Shown: positions 38,778 through 48,929, numbered from the stretch's first letter. The stretch is 64,000 nt of DNA from Candidatus Omnitrophota bacterium (GCA_024231025.1 JAAEQW010000312.1:3238-67237); one strand, 5' to 3'. Notes: generated from the letters alone by a model not told the origin. Numbers and translations: made by a program.

Positions 38778-39608
38778 TCATATTATTACGTTATCAATTA
38801 GACGAGTTTTTCCAATGTAAACCGCAATCGCAACTAATACCTTAGCCTCTACCTTTTTTATTTCCTGTAAATTGATAACATCAACTATTTTTACATAATC
38901 AATTTTGGCATTTTTTTTGGAAACAATTATTCTTTTCATCTCGGCAATGATTTTTTTAGGATCGCGAATGCCTCCTTTTACTAGAATTTTGGCTTGCTTC
39001 AAACTGGAATATAAGACTGCTGCGTCAGCGCGTTCTTTTTTGTTTAGGTACTGATTGCGCGAACTCATGGCTAAGCCGTCAACCTCTCTGACTATTGGTA
39101 AAACTTTTATTTTCAGGTCAAAATTCAAATCACGCACCATTTTTTTTATAATGCATGCCTGTTGATAATCCTTCTGACCAAAATAAGCAACATCGGCGCT
39201 AACGATATTAAAGAGCTTAGCAACAATTGTGCAGACACCTCCAAAATGATCCGGACGCGAATGTCCACACAAAACAGCACTTAGACCTTTGGGGTAAATA
39301 TAGGTTGAAAAATTATCCGGATAAATTTCTTTCGCCGATGGGCAAAAAATGACATCAACTTTTTCGCTCTTCAAGAGTTTTTTATCTTTTGCGAAATCTT
39401 TAGGGTATTTACTATAATCCTCACCAGGTCCAAACTGGGTAGGATTAACAAAAATGCTAACCACAACAAATCCGCACTCACGGCGACTGCGGCGCACCAA
39501 AGAAAGATGCCCTTGATGCAATGCACCCATTGTGGGTATAAAACCTACTGTTTTTTTGTTTTTACTGAGAATTTGCCTTAACTTTTGAGTAGTTTTTACA
39601 ACAATCAT
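38778..39608 (-). CDS. panC: Pantoate-beta-alanine ligase
   Basis: PTMGALHQGH, FGQKDYQQ, GLAMSSRN, RLIDN. Confidence 0.97.
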   Translation of the reverse strand: MIVVKTTQKLRQILSKNKKTVGFIPTMGALHQGHLSLVRRSRRECGFVVVSIFVNPTQFGPGEDYSKYPKDFAKDKKLLKSEKVDVIFCPSAKEIYPDNFSTYIYPKGLSAVLCGHSRPDHFGGVCTIVAKLFNIVSADVAYFGQKDYQQACIIKKMVRDLNFDLKIKVLPIVREVDGLAMSSRNQYLNKKERADAAVLYSSLKQAKILVKGGIRDPKKIIAEMKRIIVSKKNAKIDYVKIVDVINLQEIKKVEAKVLVAIAVYIGKTRLIDNVII

Positions 39609-40041
39609 TTAGGAGTTTGCTAATTTTTGGTTCTATTTCACGTAACGGAATCATCACAAAATCACGCTCAGCCATTCTAGGATGAGGAACTTTCAAGTTC
39701 GAATGATTGATTATTGTATCACCGTATAAAAGAATGTCCAAGTCAATTGTTCGAGGCCCATTTTTGATTAGCCGCTTACGCCCCAATCTTGCTTCAACGC
39801 TCTGCAAATAGCTTAATAAATCACCAGCAGATAAGGTTGTATTGATTTTGATAGCACCGTTTAGAAATTTGTTTTGCGGCGGTCCGCCTTGCGGTTCGCT
39901 TTCAATCAGGCGAGAGACTTTAACAATATCTATCTCTTTATTCTCTTCTAAAAACCTTAGCGCGCTAGCAATATTCTTATTGCGATCACCTAGGTTAGAG
40001 CCAACTCCAATAAAAACCTTTACGCATTCTTCCATCATCAA
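39562..40041 (-). CDS. folK: 6-hydroxymethyl-7,8-dihydropterin pyrophosphokinase
   Basis: GSNLGDR, GPRTIDLDIL, PHPRM.ERDFV. Confidence 0.96.
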   Translation of the reverse strand: MMMEECVKVFIGVGSNLGDRNKNIASALRFLEENKEIDIVKVSRLIESEPQGGPPQNKFLNGAIKINTTLSAGDLLSYLQSVEARLGRKRLIKNGPRTIDLDILLYGDTIINHSNLKVPHPRMAERDFVMIPLREIEPKISKLLNDCCKNYSKVKANSQ

Positions 40042-40103
40042 TTAAATCATTTCTCACTTCCCACCCGAGGCGAACAAGCAAGATCTGACCCCGTTATTCT
40101 CTT

Positions 40104-40586
40104 TCAAGGGCTGACTCTGTTATCTTCGAAGTCCTCCAGTAAAGAAGAAACTTTCCCTAAACGCTTATCTATTTCCTTATCAATAAAATAATCTGGATCT
40201 TGACGCATTCTTTTTAACTCGATTATTCTCTTTTCTAGATTGCTGATCTTACTGTCTAAATTAGAGATTTTATTTTCATTTTTTATGTATTTCTTTATAA
40301 ATGGACGTAGTTGAGATTTCGCAACGTCATAAGGAATAGATTTCCTGTGATATTTAGCAACTATCTCGGATATCTGACCTCGAAGCTTTTTTCGCTCTAA
40401 AACTTTTTGATATTTATCTGGATTTTGTTTTTTTAGTGCTTCAAGATGCTTCTTTTCAATATCCTCAGCTTGTTGTTTCATCGCTCTAAACATTTTATTG
40501 GTATCAGATGTGCCAGTTGCTTGAGGGAAACAAACTGTGCAATAGCACGAGCAAAACACTAAAATAAAAAATGCTATTTTTGCCAT
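40104..40586 (-). CDS. Hypothetical exported helical/coiled-coil protein
   Basis: Signal peptide, charged helical body, AGGTAG RBS; no recognisable family. Confidence 0.6.
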   Translation of the reverse strand: MAKIAFFILVFCSCYCTVCFPQATGTSDTNKMFRAMKQQAEDIEKKHLEALKKQNPDKYQKVLERKKLRGQISEIVAKYHRKSIPYDVAKSQLRPFIKKYIKNENKISNLDSKISNLEKRIIELKRMRQDPDYFIDKEIDKRLGKVSSLLEDFEDNRVSP

Positions 40587-40616
40587 ATCAATCTACCTTT
40601 CTTTTAGGATACCAGT

Positions 40617-42107
40617 TCAACGCTCTAACATTTTTAGCCTTTTCTCAATACTTGCTATACTCCTTCTTAACTCTTCATTCTCGGTCTCTAATCTTCCTAT
40701 TTCCTTATCTTTTTCAACTTTTAATTCTTGAATCGCTTCAGCCAAAATTGGAGTAAGCATGCCATAATCAAGACCATAATAACTCACTTCATCATTGGGG
40801 AAATCAACTACTTCCGGAATTATTTTCTTTACGTCTTGGGCTATAAAACCAATATTTTTTCCAACACCATCGTCCAATGATTTCCACTCAAAAGCAACCC
40901 CCTCTAAGGCAAGAGTTTTCTTTAAGCTATTCTTTATTGGTGTAATATTCTTTTTTTGCCTCCTGTCGGAAGGATAAGTTATTGCCACCACGCGAATTGG
41001 TTTATCTGTCCTCAAGCCATAATTTGATCCAGCAATCCAAGTAGTTGTAGCACCACCAGCAAGATTAGTCCAATCGAACCTTCCTCCATAAGCAGTACCT
41101 ATCCCAAGAATGCCTGTAAGACCATACCCAACAACACCAGTTGTAGGACCATACCCAATAACACCTTTATCGTTATTGCCAAGACCTGTAACACCGGCAG
41201 TATCACCAACGCCTGAAACGCCAGCCGCAATACCAGTTCCCATAATAGCGACATTATCAGTCGAAACAACATGGAGTTTACATCCTGGATCGGATTTATT
41301 AATACCGACATCGCCATCACCAGTTATCCTCATGCTTTCAGCACCATTAGTAGCAAACCTAAGTGGTCGATCACCATAAGACCACACCCCCGCACTAGCA
41401 TTGCTAGAATAAAAGTCTACATAATCAAAACCACTACGTTGGAGTCTTATATCAGCAGTAGCACCATTTCGTACAATGTGTAATTCTTGACCAGGAGTTA
41501 TTGTTCCAATACCAACATTACCGTTTCCTCTATTTATTGTTAGTGCAGCCACGCCAACAGCGCTATTGCTATGGCGCATTATGTTAAAAGAAAAATTAGT
41601 CAAACCGGTCATATTCGCTCCAGGAAATATTGCACTATTATTACTCTCATAAACAAGAGAAAAGCCATCTCTTCGATTATCATCTTCTTTAAAAAATATT
41701 CTTGAGCTTGTTCTGTCTGAGCTAGTACGATAAGTATGAAACTCCAGCCCTTCAGTATCACTAGCAGAAGCATATAAATTAAAATTAGCACCTTGAGGAA
41801 CGTTACTAATAGGACCAGTGGCAGTTAGTACCGCACTATCCACACCTCTAACGTGGAGTTGCGCGCTAGGAGCCGTTAGACCAATACCAGCCCTTCCCTC
41901 TACCACTAAGTCCGCATCATTGTTTATTGTTCCGCCCCAATCATTTTGGTTCTCATCAAAATAGGTATCTCCAATAGCCATCTTTTTGGAACGCAGCTCG
42001 TTGTAAACACCATACGGTGCCGGATAATAAGTTGTAATTGTCAGAGTTTCAGCAAATAAAATAATCGGCACGCATAAAAGGACTAAACATAAAAACATTT
42101 TTTTCAT
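40617..42107 (-). CDS. Exported fibre-like protein with C-terminal Peptidase S74 intramolecular chaperone
   Basis: Signal peptide; TITTYYPAPYGVY domain; GNVGIGT repeats; Gly-rich beta repeats; SDRRQKKNI...GFIAQDV...coiled coil. Confidence 0.85.
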   Translation of the reverse strand: MKKMFLCLVLLCVPIILFAETLTITTYYPAPYGVYNELRSKKMAIGDTYFDENQNDWGGTINNDADLVVEGRAGIGLTAPSAQLHVRGVDSAVLTATGPISNVPQGANFNLYASASDTEGLEFHTYRTSSDRTSSRIFFKEDDNRRDGFSLVYESNNSAIFPGANMTGLTNFSFNIMRHSNSAVGVAALTINRGNGNVGIGTITPGQELHIVRNGATADIRLQRSGFDYVDFYSSNASAGVWSYGDRPLRFATNGAESMRITGDGDVGINKSDPGCKLHVVSTDNVAIMGTGIAAGVSGVGDTAGVTGLGNNDKGVIGYGPTTGVVGYGLTGILGIGTAYGGRFDWTNLAGGATTTWIAGSNYGLRTDKPIRVVAITYPSDRRQKKNITPIKNSLKKTLALEGVAFEWKSLDDGVGKNIGFIAQDVKKIIPEVVDFPNDEVSYYGLDYGMLTPILAEAIQELKVEKDKEIGRLETENEELRRSIASIEKRLKMLER

Positions 42108-42155
42108 AACTACCTCCTAAAATTACAATCTAAAGTCGCTTAAGAATCACACAGC

Positions 42156-42272
42156 AATAATCAAGATACAAGACACAATAACCAAACAATGACCAATAAC
42201 CAAATTCAAATAACCAAGCGGTTTGGTAATTGAATATTGAAATTTGTTTGTATCTTGTAACTTGTATCTTGT
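42156..42272. repeat. Heptamer-periodic palindromic element, copy A (empty form)
   Basis: CAAGATA-CAAGACA...TCTTGTA-ACTTGTA; near-identical reverse complement at 44334-44477. Confidence 0.85.
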
Positions 42273-42370
42273 TTCTTATATCCCTATCTTTTTCGCCACC
42301 TTATTTATACCATTAAATCAACTTATAATCAAGTTGCGTAATCGGTCAAAAACTCTTATTTCATAAGAGA

Positions 42371-43522
42371 TTATAACAAATTAATCGCCTCTTTAAGGCA
42401 CTTTACATCCACCGTAAGCGCAAAGCGAATATACCCTTCACCGTACTTACCAAATCCTAATCCCGGAGTGGCAACAATACCCTTTTTCATGAGCTCTTTC
42501 GCGAAATCTATTGAAGACTTATTACCTTTGGGTAATTTCGCCCAAACATAAAACGTGCTATCGGCGTGTATATCCTTAAATCCTTTTGCCCGTAAACCTT
42601 TTACAAAGACATCTCTTCTGTTTTTAATAGTTTTTCTCAAACGATTAACATAATCGGCCTCATTAGAAAGAGCATAAGCCGCGGCATCTTGAACCGCGCT
42701 GAATATTCCTGAATCAAGGTTAGCCTTTACTTTCGCCAGCCCTTTAATCAGCTCGCTACCTCCACATGCCCATCCAACACGAAAACCAGTCATGCAAAAT
42801 GTTTTAGAATGTGAATGAAACCCAACCGCCACCTCTTTAGCGCCTTTCACCTCAAAAATACTGTGCGGCTTCTTATCAAAATAAACTTCCGAGTAGGCAT
42901 TGTCATAAGCAATAATAATTCCATACTTTGCACAAAATTTAACCACCTTGCGTAAAAAACTTAGTGGCGCAATCGCAGTTGTCGGATTATTAGGATAATT
43001 TAGGTAAATAAGCTTTGCTTTATTTCTTACTTTAAGAGGAATCTTATCTAAATCAGGAAGAAAGTTGTTTTCAGCTAAAAGCGGCACTTCATATGCATTA
43101 GCACCGGCAAAAAGTGCAGCGCTTCGATACCCCGGATATCCGGGCGAAGGAATTAAAACATAATCCCCTGGATTAACAAACCCTAGCGGAAAATGCACCA
43201 ATCCTTCTTTTGAACCAATAAGCGGTAGAATTTCGCTATCGACATCTAAAGAAACATTAAATCTTTTTTTAAACCAACTTTTAATTGTTTTTTTGAATTC
43301 CGGCTTACCCTGATCAAGCGCATACTTCTGATTAGCCTTAATTTTTGCTGAATCATACAGAACCTTATTCACCTGCTTCGGCGCCAATATGTCTGGATCA
43401 CCAATACTTAAGTCAATAAAGTTAACTTTCTTTTTCCTTAATTCACCCTTTTTTCTGTCGATTTCTGCGAATAAATACGGCGGTAAATCTTGCAATCTCT
43501 TCGACCATTGAAACTTTCCCAT
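42371..43522 (-). CDS. dapL: LL-diaminopimelate aminotransferase
   Basis: PPYLFAEID, LIGSKEG, NYPNNPT, SKTFCMTGFRVG; next to dapB. Confidence 0.88.
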   Translation of the reverse strand: MGKFQWSKRLQDLPPYLFAEIDRKKGELRKKKVNFIDLSIGDPDILAPKQVNKVLYDSAKIKANQKYALDQGKPEFKKTIKSWFKKRFNVSLDVDSEILPLIGSKEGLVHFPLGFVNPGDYVLIPSPGYPGYRSAALFAGANAYEVPLLAENNFLPDLDKIPLKVRNKAKLIYLNYPNNPTTAIAPLSFLRKVVKFCAKYGIIIAYDNAYSEVYFDKKPHSIFEVKGAKEVAVGFHSHSKTFCMTGFRVGWACGGSELIKGLAKVKANLDSGIFSAVQDAAAYALSNEADYVNRLRKTIKNRRDVFVKGLRAKGFKDIHADSTFYVWAKLPKGNKSSIDFAKELMKKGIVATPGLGFGKYGEGYIRFALTVDVKCLKEAINLL

Positions 43523-43574
43523 AATACTCCTTTCCTAAAACCACGTTACCTTTGGGGTTTGGTAACGGGGTTAA

Positions 43575-44291
43575 TTAATTTGAATCGAATAGAACGTTTT
43601 GCATTGAATATAATCCAGGTTGCTTGTTGATAAGCCATTTTGCCGCTGTAATTGCGCCTTTGGCAAAAATATCGCGTGTTTTTGCTGAGTGAAAAAGTTC
43701 GATTTTATCAACATCACTTTCAAAAGTAACTTTATGATCTCCGATTATCTCTCCTTCTCTAATTGCTGAAATATCAGGGGTTCTTATGCTAAAGCCCTGA
43801 TCGTTTATAACTTGGGCAATCTTTTTTGCCGTTCCCGACGGAGAATCTTTTTTGTGAATATGATGAGCTTCTTCAATCGCAACGCTATATCCAGAAAGCG
43901 CAGCGGCTGCGTCTTTCAATAGTTTAAAAAGTATGTTTACCCCAACGCTCATGTTTGGCGAATAAACAATGGGTATACTTTTTGCCGCCTGCTCAATCAT
44001 TGTGCCTTCATCAGTTTTAAGTCCGGTTGTACCAATAACAACCGGAACTTTGTACTTAACGAAATAATCTAAATGATCTAAAGTTGCCTGAGGTGAAGTA
44101 AACTCAATAAAACATTCGCATTTTTCTACGTCTTTAAGGTCACAAGTAATCGCTATGCCTTGTGACTTTCCTACATCAGGATGGTCAGCGCTTTCCAGAC
44201 CTACAACAACATCGCAAGAAGGGTCCTCATTAGCTAAATGAAGAATTCTCATTCCCATTTTACCGCATACACCGCTTATTCCTAACTTCAT
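43575..44291 (-). CDS. dapB: 4-hydroxy-tetrahydrodipicolinate reductase
   Basis: GKMG, IGTTG, EAHHIHKKDSPSGTA. Confidence 0.97.
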   Translation of the reverse strand: MKLGISGVCGKMGMRILHLANEDPSCDVVVGLESADHPDVGKSQGIAITCDLKDVEKCECFIEFTSPQATLDHLDYFVKYKVPVVIGTTGLKTDEGTMIEQAAKSIPIVYSPNMSVGVNILFKLLKDAAAALSGYSVAIEEAHHIHKKDSPSGTAKKIAQVINDQGFSIRTPDISAIREGEIIGDHKVTFESDVDKIELFHSAKTRDIFAKGAITAAKWLINKQPGLYSMQNVLFDSN

Positions 44292-44333
44292 TATTATCCT
44301 CCTGGTACAATATGTTTGTTAAATAATTAAGTT

Positions 44334-44477
44334 ACAAGATACAAGTTACAAGATACCCGCCTGCCGGCGGGCAGGCAAACAAATTACAAATTTCAATATT
44401 CAATTACCAAACCGCTTGGTTATTTGAATTTGGTTATTGGTCATTGTTTGGTTATTGTGTCTTGTGTCTTGGTTATT
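44334..44477. repeat. Heptamer-periodic palindromic element, copy B (inverted relative to A, carrying a 20-bp hairpin)
   Basis: Equals the reverse complement of 42156-42272 apart from about 2 substitutions, plus CCGCCTGCCGGCGGGCAGGC (44357-44376) and one extra ACAAATT. Confidence 0.85.
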
Positions 44478-44490
44478 TTTATATCGCTTC

Positions 44491-46281
44491 TCACTGCATA
44501 TTATTATTTTTCAGTATTGCTACTCCAAATTCATTACTCGTAAATGGAAACGGTCCGATTACTTTTTCGGATGAATAATTTTTCATTATCCACTTAAAAA
44601 GATCCGTTCCATAGTCAAGACCAAAACGAGACGCCCCATGTTCAGATGTAATGCGCTGAACAATAACAACGTAGTCAGCACTAGATTTGATAAAATCTCC
44701 AATAACATCTTTTTCATCAACAATCGAAAAAAGTGCAGGCGTAAACGACACATGTCGCATGGGATTCATGCGCTTGGAAAGATAATTTATTCCTGCACCT
44801 TCTGGAACAACTACCACTGTAGCATCTCTTGGTGTATTTTTCAATAAATATACTATCGCACTTAGCGTGCGAAAATTAAGCATATCTTCCTGTACCGTAA
44901 CAACATTATCGCCATCGCGCATAACCAAATTTCTACTTAAATATAAACTATGCGATACTCTCCACCAGGAAAGCGCACTCATCGCACAGATAAAAATCAG
45001 CACGAACGAAAAAAATCTTCTAGGAACATCAGGGAAATACCGCTTTAAAATAACATCAAAACCCTTAAAGAAAAATATATAATAAGCCGCCAAGGAAATC
45101 GGCACTAAGTAAAATCCATAATGATGTGCGGTAATATGGAAAATAACTCGAATTAACAAAGCTAGTGACACCAAGCACAACGCGAATAACACCATCCACT
45201 TCGGATGGTTTAGGCGAAAAATCCCGATCAGAGAAACAACTGCACCAATAATCAAAAAGATCTGCATTGGTAAAAACTGAAAGCTTCTCACCGCAATAAC
45301 GCCCATTACCTGCTCAATAACAACAAAACCTATTAAAACTAACGGTAAAAGAAAATAGAATGCCTTTCGCCCACAAGAAAAAAAAGGCGTAATCCAGCAA
45401 GTAAATAATGCCAACGCTATAAATACTATATAGAAAATAAACGATTGGGCTATGTTAGCGCAACTATTTTTGAAATCCGTCAAACCCATTATTTCAGCCA
45501 CAAACGAACTATTTTTTGTAGCAAGAATATGATCGATGATCGCCTCTTTAAATCCGCTAAAACTACCGGTAAAAATCATAAATACCGAATAACCCACTAA
45601 AGCAAAAATTATTGGCGCAAACAGAATAAAAACGATTTTCCACTCTTTTCTATTCTTGATAGCATATACCAACCCTGAAATTAAAAAAGCTCCCCAAACC
45701 AATAGCGGCAAAAGAATACGGCAGGAAAAAGCAAAAAACATAAAAATGGCCCACGCAAAAAGATAATTTTTTCTTTGAGTTAATAAGAACTTTAAGAAAA
45801 AATATAGCGCATAAATGGTAAATACGATAAAGGTAGTTGAGGCAAAACTATACGGTAATATAAAATTAAAGATGCCGTGGTAACAATATTGCCCGAAAGC
45901 AAAAACAAAGAGAAAATTAACTACAAGAACCGTTGAGACAACCCTATCCAGAAACAATCGTGATATCCTATAAAGAGCTACCGAAAAAGCCAACGTTAAA
46001 ATAATCCCATAAAAAACAAAAACCGCCAAATGATTGCCAAGTAAACCTACAAATGCCGCCAAAAGATACGGCGGCAGAATACCATATTCATATAAGATGT
46101 CACGGTACAAAACCGAACCATTAAGTATTTTTGTTGCTATTAGTGGATCACGGAAGGTATCAACTAAAATATTACCCCATCGCGAGAAAGAAACCGAAAA
46201 AAGATAAATAAAAGACTGCAAAATTATAATCGGCGGCAATATTCTGGGACTTACTTTAACCTCTTTACTGAAAAAACTCAT
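44491..46281 (-). CDS. Polytopic membrane protein, GT-C (ArnT/PMT-like) glycosyltransferase
   Basis: About 12-13 TM helices; first loop D....A..IL.G..LYRD...YG; soluble C-terminal domain. Confidence 0.65.
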   Translation of the reverse strand: MSFFSKEVKVSPRILPPIIILQSFIYLFSVSFSRWGNILVDTFRDPLIATKILNGSVLYRDILYEYGILPPYLLAAFVGLLGNHLAVFVFYGIILTLAFSVALYRISRLFLDRVVSTVLVVNFLFVFAFGQYCYHGIFNFILPYSFASTTFIVFTIYALYFFLKFLLTQRKNYLFAWAIFMFFAFSCRILLPLLVWGAFLISGLVYAIKNRKEWKIVFILFAPIIFALVGYSVFMIFTGSFSGFKEAIIDHILATKNSSFVAEIMGLTDFKNSCANIAQSFIFYIVFIALALFTCWITPFFSCGRKAFYFLLPLVLIGFVVIEQVMGVIAVRSFQFLPMQIFLIIGAVVSLIGIFRLNHPKWMVLFALCLVSLALLIRVIFHITAHHYGFYLVPISLAAYYIFFFKGFDVILKRYFPDVPRRFFSFVLIFICAMSALSWWRVSHSLYLSRNLVMRDGDNVVTVQEDMLNFRTLSAIVYLLKNTPRDATVVVVPEGAGINYLSKRMNPMRHVSFTPALFSIVDEKDVIGDFIKSSADYVVIVQRITSEHGASRFGLDYGTDLFKWIMKNYSSEKVIGPFPFTSNEFGVAILKNNNMQ

Positions 46282-47288
46282 AAAACATCATTAACGCATT
46301 CGTCCTGATTGTAAAAAATAATTTGGCTGCCTAAATTTTCAAATCGAAACGGCACATACAAAAGAGGTTTCAATTTTTCTTTTATTTTTTCACGCAGTTC
46401 GGGTTTTGAGAAAATCAGCATAAATCCTCCACCTCCGGCACCAAGCAGTTTCCCCCCCAATGCCCCGGCACTCAACGCGGTACTATACGCCTGGTCAACA
46501 TCAGAATTAGTAATTTTTTGCGTTAAGGTGCGTTTTATTTTCCAGTTTTCATCAAGAAGCTTTCCAAATTCATCAAGGCTCGTGGCGTCATCGGCTAAAG
46601 CATTAATAGCGTGTTCGGTCATTTGCATCAGGCGCTTAAGCGAGCTGGTGTTATTAGGAATATTCTCGATCTGTTCTTTCGCCAAAACAGATGCCCGGCG
46701 CGGAAAGCCAACAAAAAACAACATTAAATGCTTTTGCAGTTCAGCCAATTTATTAGCATTCATAATCAGCGGCTCCACTTCAAAACCTTGTTGTTTATTA
46801 AACGTTACCTTATTAAAACCGCCAAAAGAAGCAATTGTTTGATCTTGAGAGCCAACACTTTCGCCAATCAAATTCTGCTCAACGTGTATCGCGTCTTTTG
46901 CAAGTTGACGGCGAGTAATCATTTTGCCCCGCAAAGCATAAAGCGCTTGCAAAAGGCCAACTGAAAATGACGAACTCGAACCGAGCCCGCTCATTGCCGG
47001 TAAATCGGCATTATGCTGCACCTCTACTCCGCGATCAATTTTTAGAAATTTTAAACATTCTCGCACAGAAGGATGTTTTATTTGATCAATCGTTTCAGTT
47101 TCTTCGCGCACGCTATAACGAATTCTAAATTTATAATCAAAAAAAGGAGGTAAATAGCGGCAAGTGATATATCCGTACTTATCAATTGAAGTAGTTAGCA
47201 CAACACCTCCGTGCTCATTGTACCAATCGGGATAATCGGTACCACCGCCAAAAAATGACACTCTAAAAGGGGTTCTAACAATAATCAT
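46278..47288 (-). CDS. GHMP sugar kinase (HddA-like heptose-7-phosphate kinase)
   Basis: TPFRVSFFGGGTD, GLGSSS, GSQDQ, GGKLLGAGGGGF. Confidence 0.85.
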   Translation of the reverse strand: MIIVRTPFRVSFFGGGTDYPDWYNEHGGVVLTTSIDKYGYITCRYLPPFFDYKFRIRYSVREETETIDQIKHPSVRECLKFLKIDRGVEVQHNADLPAMSGLGSSSSFSVGLLQALYALRGKMITRRQLAKDAIHVEQNLIGESVGSQDQTIASFGGFNKVTFNKQQGFEVEPLIMNANKLAELQKHLMLFFVGFPRRASVLAKEQIENIPNNTSSLKRLMQMTEHAINALADDATSLDEFGKLLDENWKIKRTLTQKITNSDVDQAYSTALSAGALGGKLLGAGGGGFMLIFSKPELREKIKEKLKPLLYVPFRFENLGSQIIFYNQDECVNDVL

Positions 47289-47329
47289 ACATCTTCTCCT
47301 GATATAGATTTATTAAAAATAACTAATAG

Positions 47330-47462
47330 CTAAAAACGAAAAACTTAAAACCATATCTCAAAACTTAAAATTTCTCCGAAAATTCTTGAAATCCATCAAG
47401 ACCTTAACCGTTTTTAACTTTACGCTATGGTTTTACGGTTTACGCTCTCAGTTTCACGTTTT
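47330..47462. repeat. Periodic imperfect palindrome between the radical SAM and kinase genes
   Basis: AAAACTTAAAA units on the left, TTTTAACTTT/TTTACG units on the right. Confidence 0.45.
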
Positions 47463-47529
47463 ATTACTTAATTGCAAGAAACATCCGGCAAAAAAAGTAA
47501 AAACACTTTTTTACTTCTTATCTCTGTCC

Positions 47530-48927
47530 TCAACGTTTATTACTAATTTTGCGATACTTTTTAGGTAACTTAAAAATCTTATTCATTATATAGTAATTAT
47601 AGAGAATCTGTTTAATTTTTTTGTAAAATTTATTCGGCTTACTATTTTTTATTATAAATAAGCCAAGGTTGTAAAGCGGCCCCTTAAGTTTAGAGACCAA
47701 GCAACCCAAAAGAAAAATATTATAGCGAATGTCCTTTTCTTTCTCACTAAAACAACTTAAAGTTGAACGCCTAACGCATCCGGTCATATCATCGTTATAG
47801 TTTGATTTAATGCAGCCGTGTTTAATTGAATAATCATAAAGAGCAGTACCTTTCATCGGCACTGTAGTTGAAAAGTTTGAATAAGTAACTTTGGCCTGCT
47901 TGCTCATCTTTATTGTGTTTAAGTCATCTTCTAAGGTTGACTCCGGCGCAGCAAGCATATAATTTACCCAGGTATTTATTCCATAACTCTGTATCTTTCG
48001 TAAGGTCTCTACAATATTAATCTTACGCATTCGCCTTCCTAATACTTTCTCGCGTATGCGCTCTGAAACACTGTCAACCGAAAGATGCACCGAATAACAC
48101 CCAGCCTGCTTTAATAAGTTAAGAAGTTCATCGTCTACCGTATCCAAACGCAAAAAGCAATTAAATGGCAGGTTGATACGTTTTGCGTATTTTTGGCTGA
48201 ATTCCACAAACCATGAATCAGCCTTCATCGTAAAAAGATCGTCGCCAAACTTAATAAAAGTTGTTCGATAATTATTTTTTACTGACTCGATCTCCCGAAT
48301 AAGATTCTCAACCGGAAACCTGCGCACAATCGCCCCTTTACCTTTATAAAGATCATGGTAGTAATTATTACAGCAGTAAGAACACGTAAAAGGACAGCCC
48401 CTAGTTGCATAAAAAGTTTTCTTTGGTGTGTCTTTTAAAAAAGAATTAGATAAAACCAACTCTCGATCTGGACTAGGTAAAGTTGCCAAATCATCAATCA
48501 ATGGACGCACAGAGTTAGAAGCATTTTTTGTAATTAAGTTGGCAATATCATCAAATGGTTGGTTATTAATTACTCTTTGCAAGAAATCGCTAAACGCGCC
48601 TTCTCCTTCACCAACGCAATAAGCATCAACTCCCGATTCAGAAAAAGTCCAAGGGGAAAACGTCGGATGAGGACCACCCATAATCGATATAAAACTATTG
48701 CTTTCAATCGCTTTTTTATGAGCAGCAACAATATCCGAAAACCCCTGTATATTCACCGAATAAGCAACCACATCAGGTTTAATACGGGCAGCCTCTTTTG
48801 AAAGATCAGACGAATCTAGTGAGCAGAAAAATGTCTCACAATTAACGTTCTTGGCAACCGCCGATAAATAAGAAATCGCGATATGATCGGCAAAATCAAG
48901 TTGGGCAATACAAAATAATACTTTCAT
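47530..48927 (-). CDS. Cobalamin-dependent radical SAM enzyme
   Basis: B12-binding domain (GGPHPT, VGEGE) and RGCPFTCSYC. Confidence 0.9.
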   Translation of the reverse strand: MKVLFCIAQLDFADHIAISYLSAVAKNVNCETFFCSLDSSDLSKEAARIKPDVVAYSVNIQGFSDIVAAHKKAIESNSFISIMGGPHPTFSPWTFSESGVDAYCVGEGEGAFSDFLQRVINNQPFDDIANLITKNASNSVRPLIDDLATLPSPDRELVLSNSFLKDTPKKTFYATRGCPFTCSYCCNNYYHDLYKGKGAIVRRFPVENLIREIESVKNNYRTTFIKFGDDLFTMKADSWFVEFSQKYAKRINLPFNCFLRLDTVDDELLNLLKQAGCYSVHLSVDSVSERIREKVLGRRMRKINIVETLRKIQSYGINTWVNYMLAAPESTLEDDLNTIKMSKQAKVTYSNFSTTVPMKGTALYDYSIKHGCIKSNYNDDMTGCVRRSTLSCFSEKEKDIRYNIFLLGCLVSKLKGPLYNLGLFIIKNSKPNKFYKKIKQILYNYYIMNKIFKLPKKYRKISNKR

Positions 48928-48929
48928 TA

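Noticed and set aside
40617-42107. Prophage tail gene
   Set aside because: Has a signal peptide and no neighbouring phage genes.
43541-43570. Hairpin CCACGTTACC...GGTAACGGGG between dapB and dapL as a terminator
   Set aside because: No U-tract in the direction of transcription and a single copy in the window; function cannot be assigned.
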